NCBI RefSeq assembly: GCF_001194135.2
Contig: NC_068981.1
Location: 553,248-616,852, forward strand
Length of the DNA: 63,605 nt
Direction: 5' to 3'
Origin: Octopus bimaculoides
Taxonomy: Eukaryota
The notes under the pieces were generated by a model. It was not told where the DNA came from, made no database searches, and saw only the letters and a program-made list of their open reading frames with translations. The position numbers and the translations under genes are program-made. This document shows, in pieces, positions 25,781 through 38,364 of the stretch (positions are counted from its first letter, which is position 1; the number at the start of each line of letters is the position of its first letter).

Positions 25781-26135
25781 TTATTACATCAACCTTAGCA
25801 AAGGTGGAGGTATTGTTTTCAGTTGTGTTTGTTTGTCTGTGGACAAGATATTTCGAGGACAGCTGGATGGATTCAGATGAAACTTTCAGGGATGTTTGGC
25901 CTCATGACTGGCACAAACTGATTAGATTTTGGGATCAATCCAGTACCAGACAAGGATTCTGGATTATTTTCCGTTTTTTTTTTCACTTAATTTTTGAGAA
26001 CGTTCGAGTTCATTTTTAGTATTCTCGTTTGTGAGAGCAGTCGAGTTTATTTCAGATATTCTCATTTTAAAAATCATCTCTGGCTAATCATTGAGAGGAC
26101 GTTGGTGTTGCCTTGGAGGAGGTTTGTGCTCTTCT
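25781..26135 (+). mobile_element. Non-autonomous Helentron-associated (HINE/DINE-1-like) element
   Basis: T-rich start, subterminal inverted repeat accttagcaaagg / ccttggaggaggt followed by gtgctct; layout recalled from HINEs. Confidence 0.5.
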
Positions 26136-26929
26136 TTAATATACATTATTCTTCAAATTACTTTTGTAAGTAGAAAAGAAATAGGTTTTTTTCTTCCTTT
26201 CTTTTACTGGTATCTTTGGTAGTTGATATTTGATTATGATTAAGTTGTGCTGCAAAAGCATTGCTTTATGAGAATGTATGGAGTTTCTTTTCAAGTGGTA
26301 ATTTCAAAATTGTTTAGAGAACATTAAAAGGAAAAGTAATTCCATACCTTAAACTACTAAAAATAAGTATATGGGAAGTTATTTAAGTGATGATGTTGGG
26401 TGGCTGAGGGGGGAAAAATAAAAACTTATATACAACAATAATGACAATAATAATAATCTCAGTCCTATAAGTTAATCTTAGCAACCAACAATTGGAGTTG
26501 AAATTAGTTCAAGGAAGTGAAATAGTCTCTGTGTGGAAATATAGCTTTAACCCTTTTGTATTTAAACTGGTCAAATTTGACCCAAATATTTTATTTTTTG
26601 TATGTTCAAACTGGTCAAATCCAGCCTCTCACACCTACCCTACAATGTCATTCTAAAAATAAACAATCACATCTTGGAAATCTCAAAGCCACAGGATAAA
26701 TGGATCCCTATGCCTCTATTCTCTCTTGCTGCCCCGAACCATTTCACTTGTTAGCCATTCTTTATCCATTAAGATTGCTCTCCACACCCACATGTTACAG
26801 CAGGCTCTTTACCCTCCCAGGACCACCAAATTATCTCTTCTCATGCATTACACCTCTTTTATTTCTCTACTCTACTCCTGCAGCCAACCCAAGCACATCA
26901 TCTCTCTCTCTCTCCTCCTTCATCATCAG

Positions 26930-27505
26930 TCAAATCATCCAATCCATGCCAGCCCGGTCAAACTGTCCACTCCATGCCAGTCCGGTCAAACCGTCCAACC
27001 CATGCCAGCATGGACAACAGACGTTAAATGATGATGATGGTGATGATTNNNNNNNNNNNNNNNNNNNNNNNNNNNNNNNNNNNNNNNNNNNNNNNNNNNN
27101 NNNNNNNNNNNNNNNNNNNNNNNNNNNNNNNNNNNNNNNNNNNNNNNNNNNNNNNNNNNNNNNNNNNNNNNNNNNNNNNNNNNNNNNNNNNNNNNNNNNN
27201 NNNNNNNNNNNNNNNNNNNNNNNNNNNNNNNNNNNNNNNNNNNNNNNNNNNNNNNNNNNNNNNNNNNNNNNNNNNNNNNNNNNNNNNNNNNNNNNNNNNN
27301 NNNNNNNNNNNNNNNNNNNNNNNNNNNNNNNNNNNCCGGTCAAACCGTCCAACCCATGCCAGCCCGGTCAAACCATCCAATCCATGCCAGCCCGGTCAAA
27401 CCGTCCAACCCATGCCAGCCCGGTCAAACCGTCCAATCCATGCCAGCCCGGTCAAACTGTCCACTCCATGCCAGTCCGGTCAAACCGTCCAACCCATGCC
27501 AGCAT
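26930..27505 (+). repeat. 28-nt tandem repeat derived from the SINE-C tail (ccggtcaaaccgtccaacccatgccagc), spanning a gap
   Basis: About 3 units before the gap and about 6 after it. Confidence 0.85.
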
Positions 27506-28149
27506 GGACAACAGACGTTAAATGATGATGATGGTGATGATTCTTACTATTTGCACAAGTTACTGAAACGGGAGTTTACTAGTAAACAGTCAGCAAGGAA
27601 TTAAAATAGGTGTTTCAGTTTTACCTTCTTTGAAATCATGAAGTCATTATAGAAGAGAGAGAGAGAGTGAGAGAGAGAGAGAGAAAGAGAGAGATAGAGA
27701 GTGAGAGTGTTTGAACTTTGCAATGAAACAGATGCTCTGCTTCTATATTATATAATTCATTCTAATTATGGCACCATACAGAAAGTTTGGACAGCTAAAT
27801 TAAGACTGTTTGTGTTGAGTTGTTTCATTTACCTTGTAAATAAGGGAAAATGAGAAGAGAGAGAGATTTGAAATTTTGTGTGTTTGTCATAACATAAGAA
27901 AAGATATTATTCAACCTGTCCACTGGTAACTCTTATAATTGATTTGAATACAGGGTCATGCCTTGTTTGCCTCATCCAATTTGACAGAGTTGAATGCTTT
28001 GCTAATGGCAGTTTTCAGTGTACTGACATTGCTGTGATGTGTTTACGACACCTTCTATCTAAAAGTCAAATGGATTCAGATCTACGGCACTAACTGACAG
28101 GTCAGACTTTGTTGGGGATAAATAATGGAGGTTTCATCATAATCCTCAC

Positions 28150-28795
28150 CATCATTGTCGTTTAACGTCTGCTTTCCATGCTGGCATGGGTTAGACGGTT
28201 TGACTGAGGGCTAGCAAGCCAGAAGGCTGCACCAGGCTCCAATCTGATCTGGCAAAATTTCTACAGCTGGATGCCCTTCCTAATGCCAACCACTCCGAGA
28301 GTGTAGTGGGTTCTTTTTACATGCCACTGGCATGAGGGCCAGTCAGGGTGTACTGGCATCAGCCACGTTCAGATGGTGCTTTTTACATGCCACCAGCACA
28401 GGAGCCAGTCAGGCGGCACTGGCAACAATCATGCTTGAATGGTGCTTTTTATGTGTCACAGGCACGGGAGTCAGTCAGGCGGCACTGGCAACAACCATGC
28501 TCAAATGGTGCTTTTTACGTCCCACCGGCACAAGACCAGTCAGCTGGCACTGGCATCGACCATGTTCAAATGGTGCTTTTTACCTGCCACTGGCACGGGA
28601 GCCAGTCAGCTGGCACTGGCAGTGATCACACTCAAATGGTGCTTTGAACGTGCCACTGGCACGGGTGCCAGTCAAGCAGTACTGTCATCGGCCATGACAA
28701 CGATTTCACTTGCCTCAACAGGTCTTTGCAAGCCCAGTTTATTGCCCCATGATTGAAGGATACTCTTAAATGGGCTGGTTATGCTGCACTGGCAT
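28150..28795 (-). mobile_element. SINE with RTE-type (GAT)n tail and six internal 66-nt modules (family C; more than 20 partial copies, e.g. 1-192, 1820-2183, 5711-6420, 8335-8740, 11571-11995, 15718-16135, 44275-44700, 62790-63300)
   Basis: Conserved GGTTGGCGTTAGGAAGGGCATCCAGCTGTAGAAAC core and AACCCATGCCAGCATGGAAAGCGGACGTTAAACGATGATG tail. Confidence 0.85.
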
Positions 28796-28799
28796 ATTC

Positions 28800-29010
28800 C
28801 CATACATCACAACACTAAGACAGAACTACTTCTTCTCAACTGGACCTGCTCTTTTTAACATCATTCCAAAACATATAAAGGAGGAAAAAGATTTCATAAT
28901 CTTCAAAAAGTTCCTGGATGAATATCTCTAACAAATTCCAGATAAACCACCGACACCTGGAAATATACTGCTGCAAACAACAACTCTTTAATCGAATGGG
29001 AAAGGGTACC
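28800..29010 (+). mobile_element. CR1/L2-superfamily LINE 3' fragment
   Basis: Decayed LRQNYFFSTGP.LFNIIPKHIKEEKDFIIFKKFLDEYL.QIPDKPPTPG..AANNNSL. Confidence 0.6.
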
Positions 29011-29105
29011 TAGAAATAACTATTCAAAAATACATTACTAAATGTGAACGTAAACAAACAAATGAAGTTTGCTTTTAGAAGTGTTGAGATGTCTTAGAAA
29101 GTTAA

Positions 29106-29418
29106 AGAAGTGATTTTTTAAAAATTCTCAAACGCAGGATAATGTTAATAATATAGCCTGAACAGGATAAACTACCCCTATTTTGCAGAAAAAAGTGTTG
29201 GCGACCAGCTATGAAACTCGAACACACACCTTCGCGATGCTCTAGACCGATTAAGCTAATCTGCCCTCACCAGACATTCTTCTGCAAATTTAAAATGTAT
29301 AGAAATCTCGCTTTATTACGCTATCATACGTTCTGCAAAATAGGGGTAGCTTATCCTGTTCAGGCTATATTATTAGCATTATCCTGCATTTGAGAATTTA
29401 AAAAAAAAAATCACTTCT
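29106..29418. mobile_element. MITE with ~85-bp TIRs flanked by TTAA (Kolobok-like)
   Basis: Left arm 29106-29190 and right arm 29331-29418 are near-perfect reverse complements; TTAA on both sides; AG...CT ends. Confidence 0.75.
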
Positions 29419-30304
29419 TTAAATTACTAAATGTCTTTTTCATGTGGTGCTATTAAGTTAGCTATGTCCTGGGCCAATGTGGCCGAAACCTATCTAAATA
29501 CTGCTTGACTCTGTTGGAGAGAGCAGTACTGTTGGGTGGCACTGAAACCATGATGCACACTCGACAGCTGAAGAATAGATTGTTCCTTGATGCCACATTA
29601 TCATTTAATGTCCTTTTTTCCATGCTGGTATGGGTTGGATGGTTTGATAGAAGCTGGATGCCCTTACTAACACCAACTATTTTACAGGATGTACTGGATG
29701 CTTTTCACAAGGCAATGGCACTGGTGAGGTCACCAAGTACCTCACAAGACAAGACTCCCCTCAGATGAGGGCAGGGTGTAGGGTTGCATTTGTTTGATAT
29801 CTTTTGTAATATAGTACACATTGCTCTCTCTCTCTCTCTCTCTATTTTGTGTCAGCTGATGAGAGGTTAAAGTATGATAAAAAGACATCATCCCTTACAT
29901 ATTACAGTGAGCTCCATATGAAATACATATGCGATTCCTTATATCTCATACAGCAAGCTGTATACCTGACACCTATTTATGTTATAAATTGAACCAGTCA
30001 GATATGTCCTGTTCGTGTTTACTGTGTCATTATCTTTAATTAATTACATTCTAATGCCACACTATGCATCCTTCTCTCTCTCATATATATGTGTGTGTGT
30101 GTTTGTAAAGAAAATTTTACAAAATATCTAACTAAATTTCTGATTGAAAAATACCCTTTTCCATTTAATTTCAATTAGAAAAATGTATATTAAGTATGTG
30201 CTTAATTCAATATAATTTGATAGCCTGCTGTAGTCTATTTCCTATGGGTTAAAATTTTAATCACCACTTAACTGAAATTCTCATTATGATATTTATACTT
30301 TCAG

Positions 30305-30365
30305 AGATGCACTGTTCAAGACATTTGTAAATTGCTTAAAAGATAAAGACGCAAATGTGAGAAAA
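30305..30365 (+). CDS. STK36: STK36-like exon 7 (DALFKTFVNCLKDKDANVRK)
   Basis: tttcag acceptor, gtgagt donor; 61 nt, phase 2/0. LKDKDANVR resembles recalled LGDKDPVVR. Confidence 0.92.
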
Positions 30366-30417
30366 GTGAGTATTGTACTAAAATTGTAATTTGTCATTAT
30401 TTGGGGAAAAAAAAGAA

Positions 30418-30618
30418 ATACAGACAGACATAAATACATACAGACATAAATATACATACAGACAAATATACATACATAAATATACATAAATATAAATATA
30501 CATAAATACATAAATATACATAAATATACATAAATATGTATACATACATATACATATACATATACATAAATATACATAAATATACATACAGACATAAATC
30601 CATACAGACATAAATATG
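30418..30618. repeat. AT-rich (TACATAAATA)-type satellite just after exon 7
   Basis: Directly visible. Confidence 0.85.
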
Positions 30619-33600
30619 CACTCAAAGTTTTTATATCATCATCATCATCATGATTATCGTCGTTTAACGTCTGCTTTCCATGCTGGCATGGGTTAGACAG
30701 TTTGACTGAGGGCTAGCAAGCCAGAAGGCTGCACCAGGCTCCAATCTGATCTGGCAAAGTTTCTACGGCTGGATGCCCTTCCTAATACCAACCACTTCGA
30801 GAGTGTAGTGGGTGATTTTTACATGCCACCGGCACGAGGGCCAGTCAGGTGGTACTGGCATCAAACATGCTCAAATGGTGCTTTTTACGTGCCACCGGCA
30901 CAGGAGCCAGTCAGGTAACACTGGCAACGATCAGGCTCAAAAGNNNNNNNNNNNNNNNNNNNNNNNNNNNNNNNNNNNNNNNNNNNNNNNNNNNNNNNNN
31001 NNNNNNNNNNNNNNNNNNNNNNNNNNNNNNNNNNNNNNNNNNNNNNNNNNNNNNNNNNNNNNNNNNNNNNNNNNNNNNNNNNNNNNNNNNNNNNNNNNNN
31101 NNNNNNNNNNNNNNNNNNNNNNNNNNNNNNNNNNNNNNNNNNNNNNNNNNNNNNNNNNNNNNNNNNNNNNNNNNNNNNNNNNNNNNNNNNNNNNNNNNNN
31201 NNNNNNNNNNNNNNNNNNNNNNNNNNNNNNNNNNNNNNNNNNNNNNNNNNNNNNNNNNNNNNNNNNNNNNNNNNNNNNNNNNNNNNNNNNNNNNNNNNNN
31301 NNNNNNNNNNNNNNNNNNNNNNNNNNNNNNNNNNNNNNNNNNNNNNNNNNNNNNNNNNNNNNNNNNNNNNNNNNNNNNNNNNNNNNNNNNNNNNNNNNNN
31401 NNNNNNNNNNNNNNNNNNNNNNNNNNNNNNNNNNNNNNNNNNNNNNNNNNNNNNNNNNNNNNNNNNNNNNNNNNNNNNNNNNNNNNNNNNNNNNNNNNNN
31501 NNNNNNNNNNNNNNNNNNNNNNNNNNNNNNNNNNNNNNNNNNNNNNNNNNNNNNNNNNNNNNNNNNNNNNNNNNNNNNNNNNNNNNNNNNNNNNNNNNNN
31601 NATATATATAATCCACAGGAGTGGCTGTGTGGTAAGTAGCTTGCTTACAAACCACATGGTTTCAGGTTCAGTCCTTCTGAGTGACACCTTGGGTAAGTGA
31701 CTTCTACTGTAGTCTCAGGCCGACCAAAGCCTTGTGAGTGGATTTCATAACTGAAAGAAGTCCATCATATATATGTAGGTGTGTGTATGTTTGTGCCCCA
31801 ACATTGCTTGACAACCGATGCTGGTGTGTTTACATCCCCTGTAACTTAGCGGTTTGGCAAAAGAGGCCAATAGAGTAAGTACTAGGCTTACAAAGAAGTC
31901 CTGGGGTTGATTTGCTCGACTAAAGGCGGTGCTCCAGCATGGCCGCAGTCAAATGACTGAAACAAGTAAAAGTATATATATATATATATATAGGACCAAG
32001 ATATATGGCAAATTGCTGTACTCAAAAAGACCCGCCCACTACAACAGAATTGAAATCCTAAAACCACCTTTGTAATTACTTGTCCATATTCATCTCTGCC
32101 CTGTCAACCTTCTCACCCCCATCGACATCTCATACACTAACACACAAAAATCACTGGTGCCGGTGCCATGTAAAAAGCACTCGGTTCGCTCTATAAAGTG
32201 GTTGGCATTAGGAAGGGCATCCACCTGTAGAAACCATACCAACACAGACAATGAAACCTGGTGTGGATCCTGGCCTTACCAGCTCCTATCCAATCATCCA
32301 ACCCATGCCAGCATGGAAAACGGACATTAAATGATGATATAGATGTGTATGTTGAAATGAAAATGCTTTTAAAATTGCCTTTTTGTTTAGTTTATTGAGA
32401 ATAAAGAAATGCCATTGAAAATAAATCTCATTGCTTCTCTTCAAAACTTGATTGCTAGTCTCAATTTCATGTCTATGTTTTTTACTGTTGAATTAAAAAT
32501 TAAGAATGAAATAAATTTGTTACTTAGGAACTAAAATTCCATGATTTCTTTAGAACTAATTTCTTTGCTAAACAGATCTCAGTGAATTCTATTTCATTGT
32601 GGCTCTAGTAGGATTACAAATTCACAAGAGACTCTCCAAGTGGTTTTAAATTATTAACAGTTTTATGATTATTGTACTCCACTGAGAAGTCTGTTTGTTA
32701 GACATTACCACAAAAATATTACAAAGAATTTGATTCTGGCAACATTTTACTTTCTAAGTTTATTGCAGTTTATTACTTTACTGATGGATAATGTTTGTTA
32801 GTATATTAGACATTTGTTTTTCCACTGACTTATTGTTTTGGAGAATATAGAACTCATCCTCTTTGACTCATGAGAGGTTGGAAAATACTTGAAAATATTT
32901 TAAAATATCGATAATTATAGGTGCAGGAGTAGCTGTGGGGTAAGAAGTTTTCTTCACAAACATATGGTTCTAGGTTCAGTGCCACCAAATGACACCTTGG
33001 GCAAGTTGTCTCCTACTGTACCCTTGGCCAACCAAAGCTTTGTGGATGGATTTGGTAGACAGAAACTGAAAGAAGGCGGAGAGCTGGCAGAAACGTTAGC
33101 ACACCGGGCGAAATGCTTAATGGTATTTCATCTGCCGTTACGTTCTGAGTTCAAATTCCGCCGAGGTCGACTTTGCCTTTCATCCTTTCGGGGTCAATAA
33201 ATTAAGTGCTAGTTTTGCACTGGGGTCGATGTAATTGACTTAATCCCTTTGTCTGTCCTTGTTTGTCCCCTCTGTGTGTAGCCCCTTGTGGGCAATAAAG
33301 GAATAAGAAACTGAAAGAAGCCTGCTGTGCATATATATATATGTATATATATATATTTGCATGTGTGTCTTTTGTGCTTGTCCCCTGTTACCACTTGACA
33401 ACCAGTGTTGGTTTGTTTACATCCCTGTACTTTGGCTGTTTGGTAAAAGAGATTGATAGAATAAGTCCCAGGCTTAAAAATAAGTACTGAGGTCAATTTG
33501 TATGATCAAACCCTTTGTGACCATGCTCCAGTATGACCACAACCCAATGACTGAAGCTTGTAAAAGATAAAAAAAAATTGTTGTACATTTTTCTCAAACC

Positions 33601-34029
33601 TGTAATAATTGATTTTGGAAAGTATATCTCTCATATATCTGATCGCCTTTGGCTTAATTAGAAATGAGTAAATACTTGAAAATAAAGAAATAAGAAAAAG
33701 ATAATTATAGTTACAAAATGTGTTAGTGACGAGGAAAAGGGTGGGATGTATGTACTGTCCTGGGGCTTTGAAGATAAGTTGTATCATCATCATCATCACC
33801 CTTTAATGTTTATTTTCTATGCTAATATGGGTTGGATGGTTTCACCAGAGCTGGCAAACAAAAGAGCTGCATTAGGTTCCAGTCTGTTTTGGCTTGGTTT
33901 CTACAGCTGGATGCCCTTCCTAACGCCAACCACAGTGTGTGCTAAGTGCTTTTAATGTGGCACCAGCAAACCAAGCCTCTTCACCAGGGGTGGGGATGAC
34001 CTAACACTTCTGCTGTAGGGTACAGGTAT

Positions 34030-34200
34030 TCTTGAATACAGCAAGATGTCAGGTGTCTCAGTCCTTTGTCATCTCATCTGAAAGGTTCAACATCCTGAGG
34101 TTGTCCTTCAGTACTTCATCCCATGTCTACCTAGGTCTCCCTCTTCCACAGGTTTCATCCACTTTGAGAGATCAGCACTTCTTTATTGAGCTGTTGGCAT
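34030..34200 (-). mobile_element. RTE-type LINE 3' fragment
   Basis: The minus strand reads IKKC.SLKVDETCGRGRPR.TWDEVLKDNLRMLNLSDEMTKD. Confidence 0.7.
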
Positions 34201-34827
34201 CCATAAACATGGCTGTGTGGTGAAGAATTTTGAGCGTATGCCTCATCGTTTGGATTCAGTCTCATTGACAAGTGACTTCTCCTGTAGCCCTCGGCCAACC
34301 AAAGCCTTATGAGTGGATTTTGTAGATAGAAACTGAAAGAAGCCTATCATGTGTGTGTGTATATACATGCACGTACATGTGTCAATGTGTTTATTTACAT
34401 TTATACTTTTGAAGATGAGCGAAATACGAGATCTTTTTCTTGAAAAACAAGGAGATTAGTGACCAATTGTAAAGCAATGTTTCAATAATAAATTCATCTA
34501 ACCCATGCTGGCATGAAAAAAGTAGACATAAAAATGAGTGAACAATTATGTATTAGACAAAAGTTGTTTTGTGTATCAGTAAGAGACACCAACATATATT
34601 GTATATTTGTTACATAATCAACATAAAAAAACAATTGAAAAATAAGTCGTTTCATTCTGAAATGAGTGAAATAGTGGTTTCACAACATTCAAAGTTTAAA
34701 ATGTAGAACATAGAATTACCTCTTTTAATATTTCCAAGGAGTTTTTCTTTATTTTCCTCTTTATACATTATTGATTTATACTCTCTATACCATTTTTTCA
34801 CACTTCTCTAACTTACATATATTGCAG

Positions 34828-34957
34828 AGTGCTTCATATGCAGTTGGCAATGCAGTTTTCCATAACGATATCCTATATGAAGCTCTTTTGCCATACATTC
34901 CAGTAATTACTCAGTTACTGAAAGATCCCATTCATAAAACGAGATCACATGCTGCCA
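34828..34957 (+). CDS. STK36: STK36-like exon 8 (SASYAVGNAVFHND...QLLKDPIHKTRSHAA)
   Basis: ttgcag acceptor, gtaagt donor; 130 nt, phase 0/1. SASYAVGNA resembles recalled SASFAVGNA. Confidence 0.95.
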
Positions 34958-35125
34958 GTAAGTATTTGTCAGGATAAACATTTCATTTTACATTTAAGAT
35001 GCTTATGGTTTATGAATAAAAGCTTCAATGGAATTTGTTAGAAAAAAAATACATAACTAATTAGCTAATCAATTCTTTGACAAAACCAAGCTGATTAACT
35101 GACCAACCAATTAATCAAAGTCATT

Positions 35126-35231
35126 TTTTGTCACCATTCACAACCTCATCAATGACGCACCTTCTCTACTTCAGGTTTAAACCTGAAATACAGAGGCCAC
35201 ATCATTGATGAGGTTGCGAATGGTGACAAAA
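35126..35231. repeat. Loopless inverted repeat, ~53-bp arms centred on CAGGTTT|AAACCTG
   Basis: ttttgtcaccattcacaacctcatcaatga ... tcattgatgaggttgcgaatggtgacaaaa. Confidence 0.9.
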
Positions 35232-37720
35232 GGACTTTCACAAAATGTGAAATGATTGATTGAACAAATACTTAATCAGACAATCAATTAGTGAACTGGT
35301 TAAATAATCTATCAATTGACAAATAAAAATTAAAGAAGTGAAATAGAATCAGTGTGTATTTTTATTACTGGTATAATGATCCACCCACAATACAACAAAG
35401 TATTTCAACTCAAAAGTTCACATCAGGGAATCTTGCAAACCAATTACAAAAACGAAATATGTAGCTAACTTATGAGGATTCACTGGAATCTTTCAAAGGG
35501 ATAAAGAAAGAAAAATGATATACTTGCTTGTACAATTAACCCTTTAGCATTTAAACCAGCCATATTTGTCCAAAATAGCTGACCTGTTTTATGTTCAAAC
35601 TGGCCAAACTCTGTCTCTCACACCTACTCAACAATGTCATTCTAAATATAAACAATCACATCATTAAAATTTCAAGGTTACCATTTTGAGCATGACCATT
35701 GCCAGTACTGCATGACTGGCCCTCATGCCGGTGGCAGGTAAAAGCACCCACTACGCTCTCGGAGTGGTTGGCGTTAGGAAGGGCATCCAGCTGTAGAAAC
35801 TCTGCCAGATCAGATTGGAGCCTGGTGCAGCCATCCGGTTCACCAGTCCTCAGTCAAATCATCCAACCATGCTACCATGGAAAGTGGATGTTAAACGATG
35901 ATGATGATAAACACACACGCTTCTTTCAGTTACTGTCTACCAATTCCATTCACAAGGTTGACCCAGGGCTATAATAGAAGACATTTTCTCAAGATACCAT
36001 CCAATGGGACTGAACATACAGTCATGCGGTTCGGAAGCAAGCTCCTTACCACATAGTAGTAATCCGAACGTGATTTAGTTGCTATTTTTAACTGGTTGAG
36101 TAATTACATCAAAGTCCTCTCATTGGCTCATACATGTTTCTGTATCTGAGAGGTGGAGGGTTTTGATATAAATACACTGGTGAAGCATGGGCCTCACAGA
36201 GACAATGACAAGGGACCAAGACCTTTGGAGACACACTGTGATTGAGAAGACCCGGCACCAATGTCGCATAACCAGTGCATTTAAAAGTAACCTTGAATCA
36301 CTGGGTGACGTTGTGCTTGAGAAGACCTTTTGAGTCAAGTGAAATCGTAGTTATGGCTGATGCCATTACTGCTTGAGTGGCACTCGTGCTGGTGGCATGT
36401 AATAAGCACTATTCGAGCATGGGTCAATGCTAGTGCTGCATGACTGGGCTTCGTGCTGGTGGCACATAAAAAGCACCTTCCAAATGTGGTCAAAGCTAGT
36501 ACCCCCCAACTGGTTCCTGTGCCGGTGGCACATAAAAAGCACCATCCAAACATGGTCGATACCAATGTCACCTAACTGGCTCCAATGTTGGTGGCTCGTA
36601 AAAAACACCCACTACACTCTCGGAGTGGTTGGTGTTAGGAAGGGCATCCAGCTGTAGAAACTTTGCCAGATAGGATTGGAGCCTGGTGCAGCCACCTGGC
36701 TTGCCAGCCCTCAGTCAAACCGTCCAACCCATACCAGCATGGAAAGTGGACATCAAACAATGATGATGAAACTGTCTTGAAAGAATAGAGACAATGTAGA
36801 GTAAGTAATCTTTAGTTTTGGTTGAATAAATAGCTACTTCACTAGTGCTGGTGCCATGAGGGAAAGAATCCAAGACATTCCGTAAAGTGGATGGTGTATT
36901 TTCAGAAAAATGTACAGTCAAGAGCATCCCTTCTGATTTGTCAAGGACAGGGATGTTACTGTCATAAAATACCTCTTGTGTACTACTTTGTGAAGAGGTT
37001 TGTGTTTGGAAGGGCATCTGGGTGTAAAAATCATTGAAACTTGGAACATATAACACAGCAAGGTTCTCTAACTTGTCAAGGAAGGTAGGGACTCTGAATA
37101 AAGTTGAACTATGATGATCTGTCCAACCCAGTATGACCACAGTCTAATGACTGAAACATGTAAGACTTAGTATAATATAATCTTTTCTACTCTAGGCACA
37201 AGGCCCGAAATTTTGGGGGAGAGGGGGCAGTCGATTAGATCAACCTCAGTATGCAACTGGTACTTAATTTATCGACCCCGCAAGGATGAAAGGCAAAGTT
37301 GACCTTGGTGGAATTTGAACTCAGAACATAACAACAGACGAAATACTGCTAAGCATTTTGTCCAGCATTCTAACGTTTCTGCCAGCTCACCGCCTTATTC
37401 TTAGTATAATATAATGAATGGTTAAAGACTTGACAGGGTTGAAAGTATCTACAATTTCTGCAAACATCATCTCTGTATGTCAAAATAAGTTTTAAAATTA
37501 ATACTAAAAACTCAGCTAAGATATACTTTAATTCCATATCCGTTGATCGTTATGTCAATTTATTTCCCTCTCCCCATTGATATATTACTTATCTTCATCT
37601 TCATCCATTCTCTCTGACCTTTGTTAGAATTACAATTCTAAGCTCGTTTCTTTAAATATGAATGTTCTTTAAATTGTAGTTTATTCTTGTTTGCTTTCTA
37701 TTTCTCCACTCCTAATATAG

Positions 37721-37793
37721 GTGTCTGTGGTAATTTAGGCATTCATTCAAATTTATTGTGTGCAGAATTGATTCAGCAGAAAGCAATACTTAA
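37721..37793 (+). CDS. STK36: STK36-like exon 9 (VCGNLGIHSNLLCAELIQQKAIL)
   Basis: atatag acceptor, gtaagt donor; 73 nt, phase 1/2; GNLG motif. Confidence 0.92.
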
Positions 37794-38364
37794 GTAAGTA
37801 GAATTTTTAAACATAATTTAGAAATTGTTTGCCATTTTGTTGTACAAAACGGCGGTGCCCCAGCATGGCCACAGCTCATGAGCTGAAACTAGATAAAAAA
37901 AATAAATAAAATAAATATAAAAGAAACATGATAGGCGCAGGCGTGCTCTGTAATTAAGAAGCTCATGTGGTTTCAAGTTCAGTTTCACTGGATGGCACCT
38001 TGGGTCACTGTTTCCTACTATCACCCTGGGCCAACCAATACCTGGTGAGTGGATTTGGTAGACAGAAACTGTGTGAAATCCTGTGGCGAACTGGCAGAAA
38101 CGTTAGCACACTGGGCGAAACGATTAGCGGTATTTCGTCTGCCGTTACATTCTGAGTTCAAATTCCGCCAAGGTCGACTTTGCCTTTCATCCTTTCGGGG
38201 TCAATAAATTAAGTACCAGTTACGCACTGGGGTCGATGTAATTGACTTAATTCCTTTGGCTGTCCTTGTTTGTCCCCTCTATGCTTAGCCCCTTGTGGGC
38301 AATAAAGAAATAAGAAACTGTGTGGAATCCTGCGGCGAGCTGGCAGAAATGTTAGCAGATTTGA

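Noticed and set aside
28309-28700. CRISPR-like regular repeat array
   Set aside because: Whole units are homologous with no unique spacers, they sit inside a SINE, there are no cas genes, and the context is eukaryotic.
32520-32900. Several AG acceptors in intron 7 tested as a missing exon
   Set aside because: All frames close quickly, and the exon chain is already complete without them.
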